Positions 1 to 8,700 of a stretch of 64,000 nucleotides of DNA are shown here, piece by piece; the stretch's first letter is position 1, and each line of letters opens with the position of its first letter. The position numbers and the translations under genes were made by a program. Location of the stretch: positions 96,001 to 160,000 of the forward strand of contig CAVRCJ010000013.1 of NCBI GenBank assembly GCA_963719515.1, read 5' to 3'. The notes beneath the pieces were generated by a model. The model saw only the letters and a program-made list of their open reading frames with translations. It was not told where the DNA came from and did no database searches. This DNA is from an uncultured cyanobacterium (GTDB lineage: Bacteria > Cyanobacteriota > Cyanobacteriia > CAKZMO01).

Positions 1-92
1 CGCTTTGGGCAGCCTTGGTCGCTGCGGATGGGATCGTGTAGGCTATCGAGCATTACCGGCATAGAGTGAACCGAGGCGCTGGAGAGTTGCAT
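1..92 (-). CDS. 5' end of a conserved cyanobacterial hypothetical protein (DUF3038-like), runs off the window
   Basis: Hand translation from ATG at 92: MQLSSASVHSMPVMLDSLHDPIRSDQGCPK..., open to the window edge; resembles the 'LDSLPDP...GCP' N-terminus recalled for this family. Confidence 0.4.
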   Translation of the reverse strand, partial: MQLSSASVHSMPVMLDSLHDPIRSDQGCPK

Positions 93-199
93 TCAGGTTG
101 AACCGTGCTGGAAAGAACAAATCTTTGCATTGTGCCCAGGGAGACGAGGATGCTATTACCGGGAGGAGGTGGAGCCGCAGGACTCCGACTCCACCTCCT

Positions 200-285
200 C
201 CCCTCTCGACTTCAGCCCCTCGCCAAAGGGCAATATACCCTTTAATGTTCTGAGCCGCATCCTTCGGGTCAGGATAGGTCCAGTT
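200..285 (-). pseudogene. C-terminal remnant of a DUF427-family gene
   Basis: Reads NWTYPDPKDAAQNIKGYIALWRGAEVE, matching the typical DUF427 C-terminal WxYPxPK...IKGYxAFW motif; no N-terminal part is visible upstream. Confidence 0.5.
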
Positions 286-506
286 CAAACTGCTGCGAGC
301 AGGTTCAAGCTTGGACGGTGACCTTTAGCCTCAGACGCTATAGACTACAGAGGGCTTCTGGGCTTTCTGGAGAGTACTGGCGTGGAAGCCGTCGACGACA
401 GGTCAGGTCACGGACAGGTGATATACCGTCTGCCCGGTAGTTTATTCTAGCGCCTGGTCTCGTAGCATAAACGTAAGCGGTATTTACCCCCTTATTTAGA
501 CCTGCG

Positions 507-2471
507 ATGAATTCCTCCTCCAACGCGATCCTAACCCGTAGCCCAGTCGACTACAGCCATGTCCGGGCGCTGTCCGACGTTTGGGCCTTGGCGGCAGAGA
601 AATTTGAGTCGACCGTGGCGCTCTGGGCTCCCCATCAAAGCCCAGAAACTCAGCTAACCTACCGAGAGGTTTATCAGGCCATCCAGGCCTTTGCGGCAGG
701 GCTACAGGCGCTAGGAGTGCAGCCGGGAGACCGGGTGGCGCTGTTTGCGGACAATTCGCCCCAGTGGTTTGTGGCAGACCAGGGGGTGATGCTGGCGGGG
801 GGCGTCGATGCCGTGCGCAGCTCTCAAGCCGACAAAGACGAGCTGCTGTTTATCTATGACAACAGCGGCAGCGGCGGGCTAATCGTTGACTCTCTGGCCG
901 CCTTGAACCGACTGCAGGCGCACTGGGGCGATCGCTCCCTGCCGTTTATTGTGCTGCTGTCGGATGAGCAGCCCCCGGAAGGCGGCGTCAAAAGCCTCAA
1001 CTATGCTCAGCTGCTGGCGCTAGGGCAAGACGCCGAGCTGTCGCCCACTCAGCGCGGTGGAGATGACATGGCCACCTTGATTTACACCTCGGGCACCAGC
1101 GGTCGCCCCAAAGGCGTGATGCTCAGCCACGACAACCTGCTCTATGAGGTGAATACCGTTCCCCACATCGTGACGCCCCAGCGGGGAGAGCGAGTGCTGA
1201 GTATTTTGCCCAGCTGGCATTCCTACGAGCGCACCTTTGAGTATTTTGTGCTCTCCCAAGGCTGCACCCAAATCTACACCAATATTCGCTACATCAAACA
1301 GGACTTCAAGCAGTACAAACCTCAGTACATGGTGGGGGTGCCGCGCATCTGGGAGTCTATTTATGAAGGGGTGCAAAAGCAGCTCCGAGAGCAGCCCGCC
1401 AGCAAGCAGCGGCTGGTGCAGTTCTTCCTAGACGCCAGCGATCGCTACGTGAAGGCGCGGCGGTCTGCGGAGGGCCTTGACCTCGACAATCACCTGCCGT
1501 CTCCCCTACAAAAGGCCCAGGCGGCGCTGACGGCGGCGGCCCTCTATCCTCTGCATCAGCTGGGGGACCGCATGGTCTACAGCAAAGTGCGCGAGGCCGT
1601 GGGCGGCGAGGTGGAATATCTGGTCAGCGGCGGGGGCTCATTGGCCAAGCACCTTGACCTGTTTTACGAAATCATCGGCGTCGAGGTGCTGCAGGGGTAC
1701 GGCCTGACTGAAACCTCCCCCATCACCAACGTCCGCCGACCAGGGCGCAACTTTCGCGGCACCTCTGGCCCGCCCCTAGAGCGCACCGAGATTCGCATCG
1801 TCGATCTTGAGACGCGGCAGCCGTTGCCGCCCGGAGGACAGGGGCTAATTCTCATTCGCGGCCCCCAGGTGATGCAGGGCTACTATCAGAACCCTGACGC
1901 TACGGCCAAGGCAATTGACCCAGAGGGCTGGTTCGACAGCGGCGATCTCGGCTGGCTGACCAAAAGCGGCGATCTGACGATTACCGGGCGGGCCAAAGAC
2001 ACTATCGTGCTCACCAGCGGCGAAAATATTGAACCCCAGCCCCTTGAAGACGCCTGCATCCGCAGCGCCTACGTTGACCAGATGATGGTCGTCGGTCAAG
2101 ATCAGCGGTCTTTGGGGGCGCTGATTGTGCCCAATATCGATGCGCTAAATCAGTGGGCCAAAGGCCAGCAAAAGGCTTTGACCGTGCCTGAGGACTGCCG
2201 CCTGCCGGGGTGCGACACCCTCCCCAAGGTCAGCGATGAGGCGGTGGCGATTTCGCTGACCGGCAACGCCGTGCAGTCGCTGCTGCGCCAAGAGCTAAAC
2301 CGCGAGGTCAAAAACCGCCCCGGCTACCGCGCCGACGACCGCATCGGACCGTTCAAAATTTTGATGGAGCCTTTCACCATCGAAAACAGGCTGTTGACCC
2401 AAACTCTCAAGGTCCGCCGCCCTGCAGTAATGGATCGATATAGCGGTATGATCGACGAGATGTTTGGTTAG
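507..2471 (+). CDS. aas: long-chain acyl-ACP/acyl-CoA synthetase (AMP-binding)
   Basis: 654 aa; YTSGTSGRPKG AMP-binding motif, GYGLTET, GRAKDTIV..GENIEP; next to a YlqD-family gene as usual in cyanobacteria. Confidence 0.9.
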   Translation: MNSSSNAILTRSPVDYSHVRALSDVWALAAEKFESTVALWAPHQSPETQLTYREVYQAIQAFAAGLQALGVQPGDRVALFADNSPQWFVADQGVMLAGGVDAVRSSQADKDELLFIYDNSGSGGLIVDSLAALNRLQAHWGDRSLPFIVLLSDEQPPEGGVKSLNYAQLLALGQDAELSPTQRGGDDMATLIYTSGTSGRPKGVMLSHDNLLYEVNTVPHIVTPQRGERVLSILPSWHSYERTFEYFVLSQGCTQIYTNIRYIKQDFKQYKPQYMVGVPRIWESIYEGVQKQLREQPASKQRLVQFFLDASDRYVKARRSAEGLDLDNHLPSPLQKAQAALTAAALYPLHQLGDRMVYSKVREAVGGEVEYLVSGGGSLAKHLDLFYEIIGVEVLQGYGLTETSPITNVRRPGRNFRGTSGPPLERTEIRIVDLETRQPLPPGGQGLILIRGPQVMQGYYQNPDATAKAIDPEGWFDSGDLGWLTKSGDLTITGRAKDTIVLTSGENIEPQPLEDACIRSAYVDQMMVVGQDQRSLGALIVPNIDALNQWAKGQQKALTVPEDCRLPGCDTLPKVSDEAVAISLTGNAVQSLLRQELNREVKNRPGYRADDRIGPFKILMEPFTIENRLLTQTLKVRRPAVMDRYSGMIDEMFG

Positions 2472-2694
2472 ACCCCACGAGTCCTAAGCGGTCTATTCCG
2501 ACGGCAGACGGTAAGTCCTCTTGCGTCTGGCGAAGAGCGTGAGCTGGGTGAGCCCTAGGTTGAGCTAGAGGATATAAAGATTTGGCTAGCGATCGCCGCT
2601 CTAGATGACATTTGTCGCGGGTTAAACTAAAACGGATTGTGGGCTAAATATACGTCAGGTTACTCATAGACTCAAAGATATACGGCAAAATGTT

Positions 2695-3126
2695 ATGGAT
2701 TTATCGTCACAGTTAGTGCTCAAGCGCCCAGTCAACATCAAGGTCGTCGTCACGCCTCGCTGGAAAGAAGAAGTACAAAAGCAGCTGCAGACGCAGGTCA
2801 ACCGGCTCGACGGCCAGCTTCAGCAGCTTGAAACCCAGGCTCAACGGGCCGTTGCTGAACTGCAAAAGCAGGGCGATGCAGCCACCGTACAGATTGAAAG
2901 CGTCCAGACCCAGCTCAACGGCAAGAAGAGCGAGATCCTTCAAAAGAAGAATCAGCAGCTTCAGCAGCTTCAGCAAATTCAAATGCTGGAGATGGACCAA
3001 GAAGTGGCGCAGGGCCAAATCGACAGCTTTTTCTCCGTGGAAAAGGGCGATAACCTGGTGCAAAAAATGCAGGTGGAAATTCTCCTGCGTGACGGTGTCG
3101 TCGAAGATATTCGCGGCGAGCTCTAG
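2695..3126 (+). CDS. YlqD family protein
   Basis: 143 aa; 'LKRPVNIKVVVTPRWKEE', coiled coil, C-terminal 'EILLRDGVVEDIR'. Confidence 0.85.
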   Translation: MDLSSQLVLKRPVNIKVVVTPRWKEEVQKQLQTQVNRLDGQLQQLETQAQRAVAELQKQGDAATVQIESVQTQLNGKKSEILQKKNQQLQQLQQIQMLEMDQEVAQGQIDSFFSVEKGDNLVQKMQVEILLRDGVVEDIRGEL

Positions 3127-3178
3127 ATTCGCTCTTCCTAGATTCCCTCTTAACTAGATTTAATCTGAAATAGTCAAA

Positions 3179-4495
3179 ATGATCCACGAAGTATTCATGC
3201 CTGCCCTAAGCTCCACCATGACGGAGGGCAAAATTGTGTCCTGGCTGAAGTCGGCTGGAGACAAGGTTGAGAAAGGGGAAACCGTTCTGGTGGTGGAGTC
3301 GGACAAGGCGGACATGGACGTCGAGGCCTTCTACGAGGGCTACCTAGCGACCATTCTCGTGGAGGCCGACCAGGTGGCCCCGGTGGGGTCGGTCATTGGC
3401 CTGATTGCTGAAACTGAAGCTGAAATCGAGACCGCGAAGGCTTCTGCTGCCAGCGCGCCTGCAGAGTCGGGCGCGTCTACCACCGCCGCTGCCAAGCCCT
3501 CAGCCGAAGCGGCCCCCGCGGCGACCAGCGCCCCCGCCGAAACCGCTACCCCAGGGCAGACCGCCGCCACTAACGGCAGCGCGCCCAATGGCCGCGCCCC
3601 TAGCGGTCGCTTGGTGGCCTCACCTCGCGCTAAGAAGCTGGCAAAAGAGCTCAAGGTTGACCTGACTACCCTCACGGGGAGCGGTCCCCACGGTCGCATT
3701 GTGGCGGCTGATGTGGAGTCGGCGGCTGGGGCACCTTCCTCGAAGGCCGCTCAGCCCACGCCACCCGCTACGCCGACCTCCACGCCAGCGACCCCGCCCG
3801 CTGCGGCTCCTGCGGCGCTGCCGGGTCAGGTGGCGGCGTTTAATACGCTGCAGCAGGCGGTCAACCGCAGCATGGTGTCCAGCCTGCAGGTGCCCGTGTT
3901 CCGGGTGGGCTACACCATCACGACTGATGCTTTAGACGCGCTCTACAAGCAAATCAAGCCTAAGGGCGTCACCATGACGGCGCTGCTGGCCAAGGCGATC
4001 GCCGCCACCTTGAAAAAGCACCCGGTGCTCAATGCGTCTTATAGCGACGGGGGCACTCAGTACAACACTGACATCAACGTTGCTGTGGCGGTGGCCATGG
4101 ACGACGGCGGACTGATTACCCCGGTGCTGCAGCGGGCCGACCAGATGGATATCTACAGCCTGTCGCGCACCTGGAAAGATCTCGTGGCGCGATCGCGATC
4201 GAAGCAGCTGCAGCCGGATGAGTACAGCACGGGCAGCTTTACGATTTCGAACCTGGGTATGTTTGGTGTGGACAGCTTTGACGCGATTCTGCCGCCGGGT
4301 CAAGGGTCAATTCTGGCGATTGGGGCGTCTCGTCCGCAGCTGGTGGCGATGGACAATGGCCTCATGGGCGTACGCCGGCAGATGCAGGTGAATATTACCT
4401 GCGATCACCGGATCATCTACGGGGCGAGCGCGGCGGCGTTCCTTCGAGATCTAGCGGCGCTGATTGAGAGTGACGCGCAGTCGCTGACGCTGTAG
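3179..4495 (+). CDS. pdhC: pyruvate dehydrogenase E2, dihydrolipoamide acetyltransferase
   Basis: Lipoyl domain (ESDKADM), E3-binding domain (ASPRAKKLA..GSGPHGRI), catalytic DHRIIYGA. Confidence 0.95.
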   Translation: MIHEVFMPALSSTMTEGKIVSWLKSAGDKVEKGETVLVVESDKADMDVEAFYEGYLATILVEADQVAPVGSVIGLIAETEAEIETAKASAASAPAESGASTTAAAKPSAEAAPAATSAPAETATPGQTAATNGSAPNGRAPSGRLVASPRAKKLAKELKVDLTTLTGSGPHGRIVAADVESAAGAPSSKAAQPTPPATPTSTPATPPAAAPAALPGQVAAFNTLQQAVNRSMVSSLQVPVFRVGYTITTDALDALYKQIKPKGVTMTALLAKAIAATLKKHPVLNASYSDGGTQYNTDINVAVAVAMDDGGLITPVLQRADQMDIYSLSRTWKDLVARSRSKQLQPDEYSTGSFTISNLGMFGVDSFDAILPPGQGSILAIGASRPQLVAMDNGLMGVRRQMQVNITCDHRIIYGASAAAFLRDLAALIESDAQSLTL

Positions 4496-4533
4496 AGGTA
4501 GGGCGCTAGAGGTAGAGCGCTACGTCACGTTTT

Positions 4534-4561
4534 GTAGGGACGCGGTGTGCCGTGTCCCTAC
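4534..4561. repeat. REP-like palindrome GTAGGGACGCGG-TGTG-CCGTGTCCCTAC
   Basis: 28-bp imperfect inverted repeat beginning GTAG, between convergent genes; degenerate relatives at about 5013-5100. Confidence 0.6.
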
Positions 4562-4628
4562 CGCACTTTAAAGGTATGCCGACGGTACTGCGGCGGCCGT
4601 ACCCCTGCCCTGCGCGCGGGTGAGGGCG

Positions 4629-5000
4629 CTAAAGATCAGAGATTTCTTCGGCAAGCTGAAAGTCTAGCTCCGTCAAGCCGCCCGCATCGTGGGTCGTGAG
4701 CGTAATCGAGACGCGGTTGTAGCGGATGGTGATGTCGGGATGGTGGCCTAAGGCCTCGGCGGGCGCGACCAGGCTGTTGACGAAGGCGATCGCCTCTACG
4801 AAGTCCGTGAAGGTGCGGGTTTGGAATAGGGTTTGGCCGTCTGTGGTCCAGTCGGGTAGGGCCTGCAGGTTTGCGATGATTTCGGAGTCGCTCAGGGGGG
4901 CTTCTTGGGCCGCGCTTGTGGGTGCGGGCTGAGCGGCGAGGGGAGGAAGCCCCGGAAGGAGCAGGCTGAGGATGAGGGTGATGGTGAGCAGTGGGGTCAT
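4629..5000 (-). CDS. pterin-4a-carbinolamine dehydratase family protein with a signal-peptide-like N-terminus
   Basis: GHHPDI..YNRV...THDAGGLTELD motifs; hydrophobic N-terminus ending ...PPLAA. Confidence 0.85.
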   Translation of the reverse strand: MTPLLTITLILSLLLPGLPPLAAQPAPTSAAQEAPLSDSEIIANLQALPDWTTDGQTLFQTRTFTDFVEAIAFVNSLVAPAEALGHHPDITIRYNRVSITLTTHDAGGLTELDFQLAEEISDL

Positions 5001-5107
5001 GGGAGGGTGATGGATAGGGGGGACGTGCTGTGCCTGTAAGGGATGGGCGGGGCACGTGCTGTGTCTGCAAGGGCGGGGCGGGGCACAGCACGTGCCTTTA
5101 CGATAGG

Positions 5108-5528
5108 CTACGCCGTGGGGGGGCGGGGGATGCGCTTGGTGAGGATGCGCATGATCTCGCCGGGGGCGGCGGCGCGGATGACCTCGGTGGAGTGGATGAT
5201 GGGCAGGGGGATGGACCAGTCGTTGGGGTCTGCGTAGCCGAGCTTATACAGGCGCAGGCGGCAGTCGTTGACGGCGTGGGGGTGGCCGAGGGCGATTAGC
5301 CGCAGGGAGTAGAAGCTGAGACTATCAGGATTGGGGCTGCCGGGACGGGCGCGGACTGGGGCTGCCAGGACTGGGGCTGCCGGGACTGGGGCTGCTGGGG
5401 ATGGGCAGACTTTCTGCGAGGAGAGGATCGGTGGGGATGAACTGGCTGAGGCGCTGTGCTTCGGAGAGGGCTGGCTGATCGGCAGAGGAATGGGTGCGGC
5501 CTTGGGGGCCGTTGGCAAAATGAGTCAT
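5108..5528 (-). CDS. small conserved cyanobacterial hypothetical protein, apparently frameshifted in a 15-bp repeat tract
   Basis: ATG at 5528 (MTHFANG...) joins the conserved-looking C-terminal domain (LRLIALGHPHAV...LYKLGYADPNDWS.PLP...GEIMRILTKR) if the 10-nt degenerate unit at about 5345-5354 is removed or completed to 15 nt. Alternative in-frame TTG start at 5518. Confidence 0.65.
5328..5400. repeat. 15-bp tandem repeat (GGACTGGGGCTGCCR), about 4 copies with one 10-nt degenerate unit
   Basis: Read directly; encodes (PGSPS)n in the ATG-5528 frame. Confidence 0.85.
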
Positions 5529-5627
5529 GGAAATTTTGGATCCTGTGGTGGGTAGAAAAGACGCCCAGGTCGTTTAGCCATCCACGCGGAGAAGAACGGG
5601 ATGGCTACCACAGGATAAAATCGGCGG

Positions 5628-5760
5628 TAGCCATCGCGTTGGTACTGTCAACGCGGTGGTAGCTCCCTGGTTGTGTTGACTCCACTTCCAGGGGGCGCGC
5701 TAAAGTGTTGGGCGTCTTGAAGACTGGGCGCGATTAGCGTCCATGGGTTGATACTTTAGC
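5628..5760 (+). ncRNA. putative structured small RNA, divergent from the 5108-5528 gene
   Basis: Hairpins 5630-5660, 5662-5696 and 5699-5760 pair well only on the + strand (G-U pairs); TAAAAT -10-like box at 5616-5621. Confidence 0.5.
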
Positions 5761-5786
5761 GGATGTTGGTGGCGCTGACAAGCGTA

Positions 5787-8700
5787 CTAGGGAAATTTCT
5801 TAAGAGATTCGATAACGCGCTTGATTTGCGTTTCGACGTGGAGCCAGGCTTCATCGCGATCGCCCCACTGGGTGATGGGAGTCCCATTTTGCGGTAGCCA
5901 GCTTAGTTTGCTAAAGGGTGTGTTCTGTCGATCGGCTGGGCGCAAAATGATCGGAATGACGCGGGCCTCGCCGGCATTGTGGCGCTCCATCGCTCGCTTC
6001 ATTTCGACCTTGTAGCAGTAGTCGGAGGCGATGAAGTCTGGGCTGAGCAGCAGCAGGATGATGTCGGCGCGGTTGAGGTTGTCGTCAATTTCATTCACCC
6101 ACTCGTCACCAGGGAGAATGCGGCGATCGTGCCAGGTTTGAATCAGCCCCTGCCGCTGCAGCAGCTTCAGGTGGGTTTCGAGCTGTTCGCGCAGGGTGTC
6201 GTCTTTGTGGGAGTAGCTGTAGAACAGGCGCAGGGTATCGCGGCGCTCTAGCTTCTCGGGCTTGCGGCTGCCTTCGATGTCTACGCCGTTGAGCAGGTCT
6301 TGCACGTTGAGTTTCACAACCTTGCCGCTCATGACCTGGGGCAGCTCTTTCAGCCCATCTTTTTCCATCACAAGCAAATCCTGATAGGGCAGCATCACGT
6401 CGGGATGCGCCGGGACGGGCACCAGTTCTTCGGGTTTGAACTTGAAGCTGCTGTGGATGCGATCGCAGTCGTAGCGGATGATGGCGAGCAGGCGGCGACG
6501 GCTAGAAATTGGGCCATCGACGCTGATGGAGACGCAGCGGTCAGCGCGATCGGCTTTGACTAAGGCGCGGTTGCCCTCGAGGTGAAGTATGACCCCGGTG
6601 CGCCAGCGCAGCTGGTGCTCGCTGAGGATGTGGGTGCGGACGATGAAGCGGGGCAGCAGGCCCTCGGGCAGGACGGGGTATGCGTAGCGGAAATTGAGGC
6701 ATTGATTGAGGTCAAACTCTGTCGCTTCTGGGGGCTGCTGCTTGTCTAGCAGATCAGGAATGAGGTAGCGCTGCTCGTCTTCGGCGAAGCGGAAGCATAG
6801 CTCGAATTTGCGCATTAGTTCCAACAGAAAGCCGTGGCGTTCGGGGGGATATTTTTTGGGGTCTAGAGTTTGGCCCAGATAAGATTCCAACAATTCACCT
6901 TTGCTGGTCGCTAGTTCACCCGCGTTGAGCAGGGTGTAGATGCCGTTGGTGACCCAGTGGGGATTGAGGACGTGGGTGTCTCGCAGGCGGGAGTCGTCTT
7001 TGTAGTTAAGGGCGATGCCGAGGCTGTGGAGGCTGACGGCGAGGGAGTTTTGGGCGCTGAAGTCGGTTTCGCCGTCTTGTTTGCAGATGTCGCGATAGCG
7101 CTCAAAGGAGATGTAGTTGTCTTCCATTCCTGACAGTCGCTCTTTGATGGTGAGCCAGCTCGCAGGAAAGGGGGTTCGTAGATATTCAAGGCGATCGGTT
7201 TCTTTCTTGATGACAGCCTGCAGCTCTTCAAGACCAATCTCAGCTTTACAGTCGGTGACGACGAACTCGCGGATGTTAGGAAACTTTTGCTGCAGCGCCC
7301 TACGGTTGACGTCGAATGAGTACTCGCTAAATTTGTTGAGCACTACGATGATTGGGGAGTCGCCACCAAAGCTTTGGATCAGCTCTAGCCAGTAGTCGGC
7401 GTCTTCGTCTTCATGGCCCTGACGACCGTTGAGCACCACGAGGTAGAGGCTGCGCTCGGTGAGAAAGAACTGATGGGTAGAGTGCATAATCTCTTGACCG
7501 CCAAAGTCCCAGACGTGGAGGGTGATGTCTTCGCTGCCATTCAGGACCATAGGCCACTGGGTGATTTGAATGCCTTCAGTCTTTTTAGAGTCGGGGTCAA
7601 ATGTATTGGTGATTAGGCGGTTGACAAGGGAGGTCTTGCCCACGTTGCCAAAGCCAACGAGGATAAGCTTGGCTTCGTTGAGGGGGGTGCGATCGCCTTG
7701 GAGGCGAAAGTAGTAGTTGAGAATATCTTGCGGATTGGCTGACTCTGCTCCTCCATTTACTGCTTCATCAGTAGGACCGAGAATTTCATTAGGTAGATTT
7801 AGATCTTCGTTACCATGAAGCAACAGAATTTTTAGATCGGAGAGTTTCCATAGAAAATCTGGGAGTACTTCCAGTCGATTGAAAGTAAGGTCGAGTCTAC
7901 GTAGTTTGGTAAGACTTTCTACGAAAGATGGTACAAACTTCAGCTCAAGCTTATCTAAGTAAAGCTCTTCTAAGCCTTTAAGATGCCCCAACTCTTTCGG
8001 CACCGTCGTCAGTTGATTTTGGTTGAGGTAAAGCCTTGTGAGATTGGCGAGCTGCCCCAGCTCTTTCGGCACCGTCGTCAGTTGATTTTGGACGAGGTAA
8101 AGCCTTGTGAGATTGGCGAGCTGCCCCAACTCTTTTGGCACCGTCGTCAGTTGATTTTGGTCGAGGTAAAGCCTTGTGAGATTGGCGAGCTGCCCCAACT
8201 CTTTTGGCACCGTCGTCAGTTGATTTTGGTCGAGGGAGAGCTCTGTGAGATTGGCGAGCTGCCCCAGCTCTTTCGGCACCGTCGTCAGTTGATTTTGGTT
8301 GAGGTAAAGCCTTGTGAGATTGGCGAGTTGCCCCAGCTCTTTCGGTACCGTCGTCAGTTGATTTTGGTAGAGGTAAAGCTTGTGAGATTGGCAAGCTGCC
8401 CCAACTCTTTCGGCACCGTCGTCAGTTGATTTTGGTAGAGGTAAAGCTTTGTGAGATTAGCGAGTTGCCCAGCTCTTTCGGTACCGTCGTCAGCTTTAGG
8501 CCAGATAGATCAGCTCAGTCGCACCATCTGAAATTGCCTGCTGAATTCGTCTTTTCGCCTTCACAAAACCCTCGACCTCGTCCCCCTCTGCCCCCTCCCC
8601 AGCAGGCACGATCGCCTCCAGCTCTAGCTCCAACACCCGAGCGATCGCCTCAACACTCTCTCGCCCTACCCGCTTCCCTCGCTCCGGGTGAAACAACCGA

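Noticed and set aside
7978..8429. Repetitive alternative-frame ORFs (7978-8394 minus, 7983-8429 plus) and other antisense ORFs over core genes
   Set aside because: By-products of stop-free repeats and high GC codon bias; no independent coding signal.
7984..8493. DGR-type adenine mutagenesis of the LRR codons (AAC to GAC/TAC/GTC, AAG to AGG/GAG, TAC to TCC)
   Set aside because: The pattern is suggestive, but framework adenines (AAA, AAT, ACG) are invariant, several differences are C/T, and no reverse transcriptase or template repeat is in the window.
7984..8493. CRISPR array
   Set aside because: Contiguous 69-bp coding repeats without unique spacers; no cas genes.
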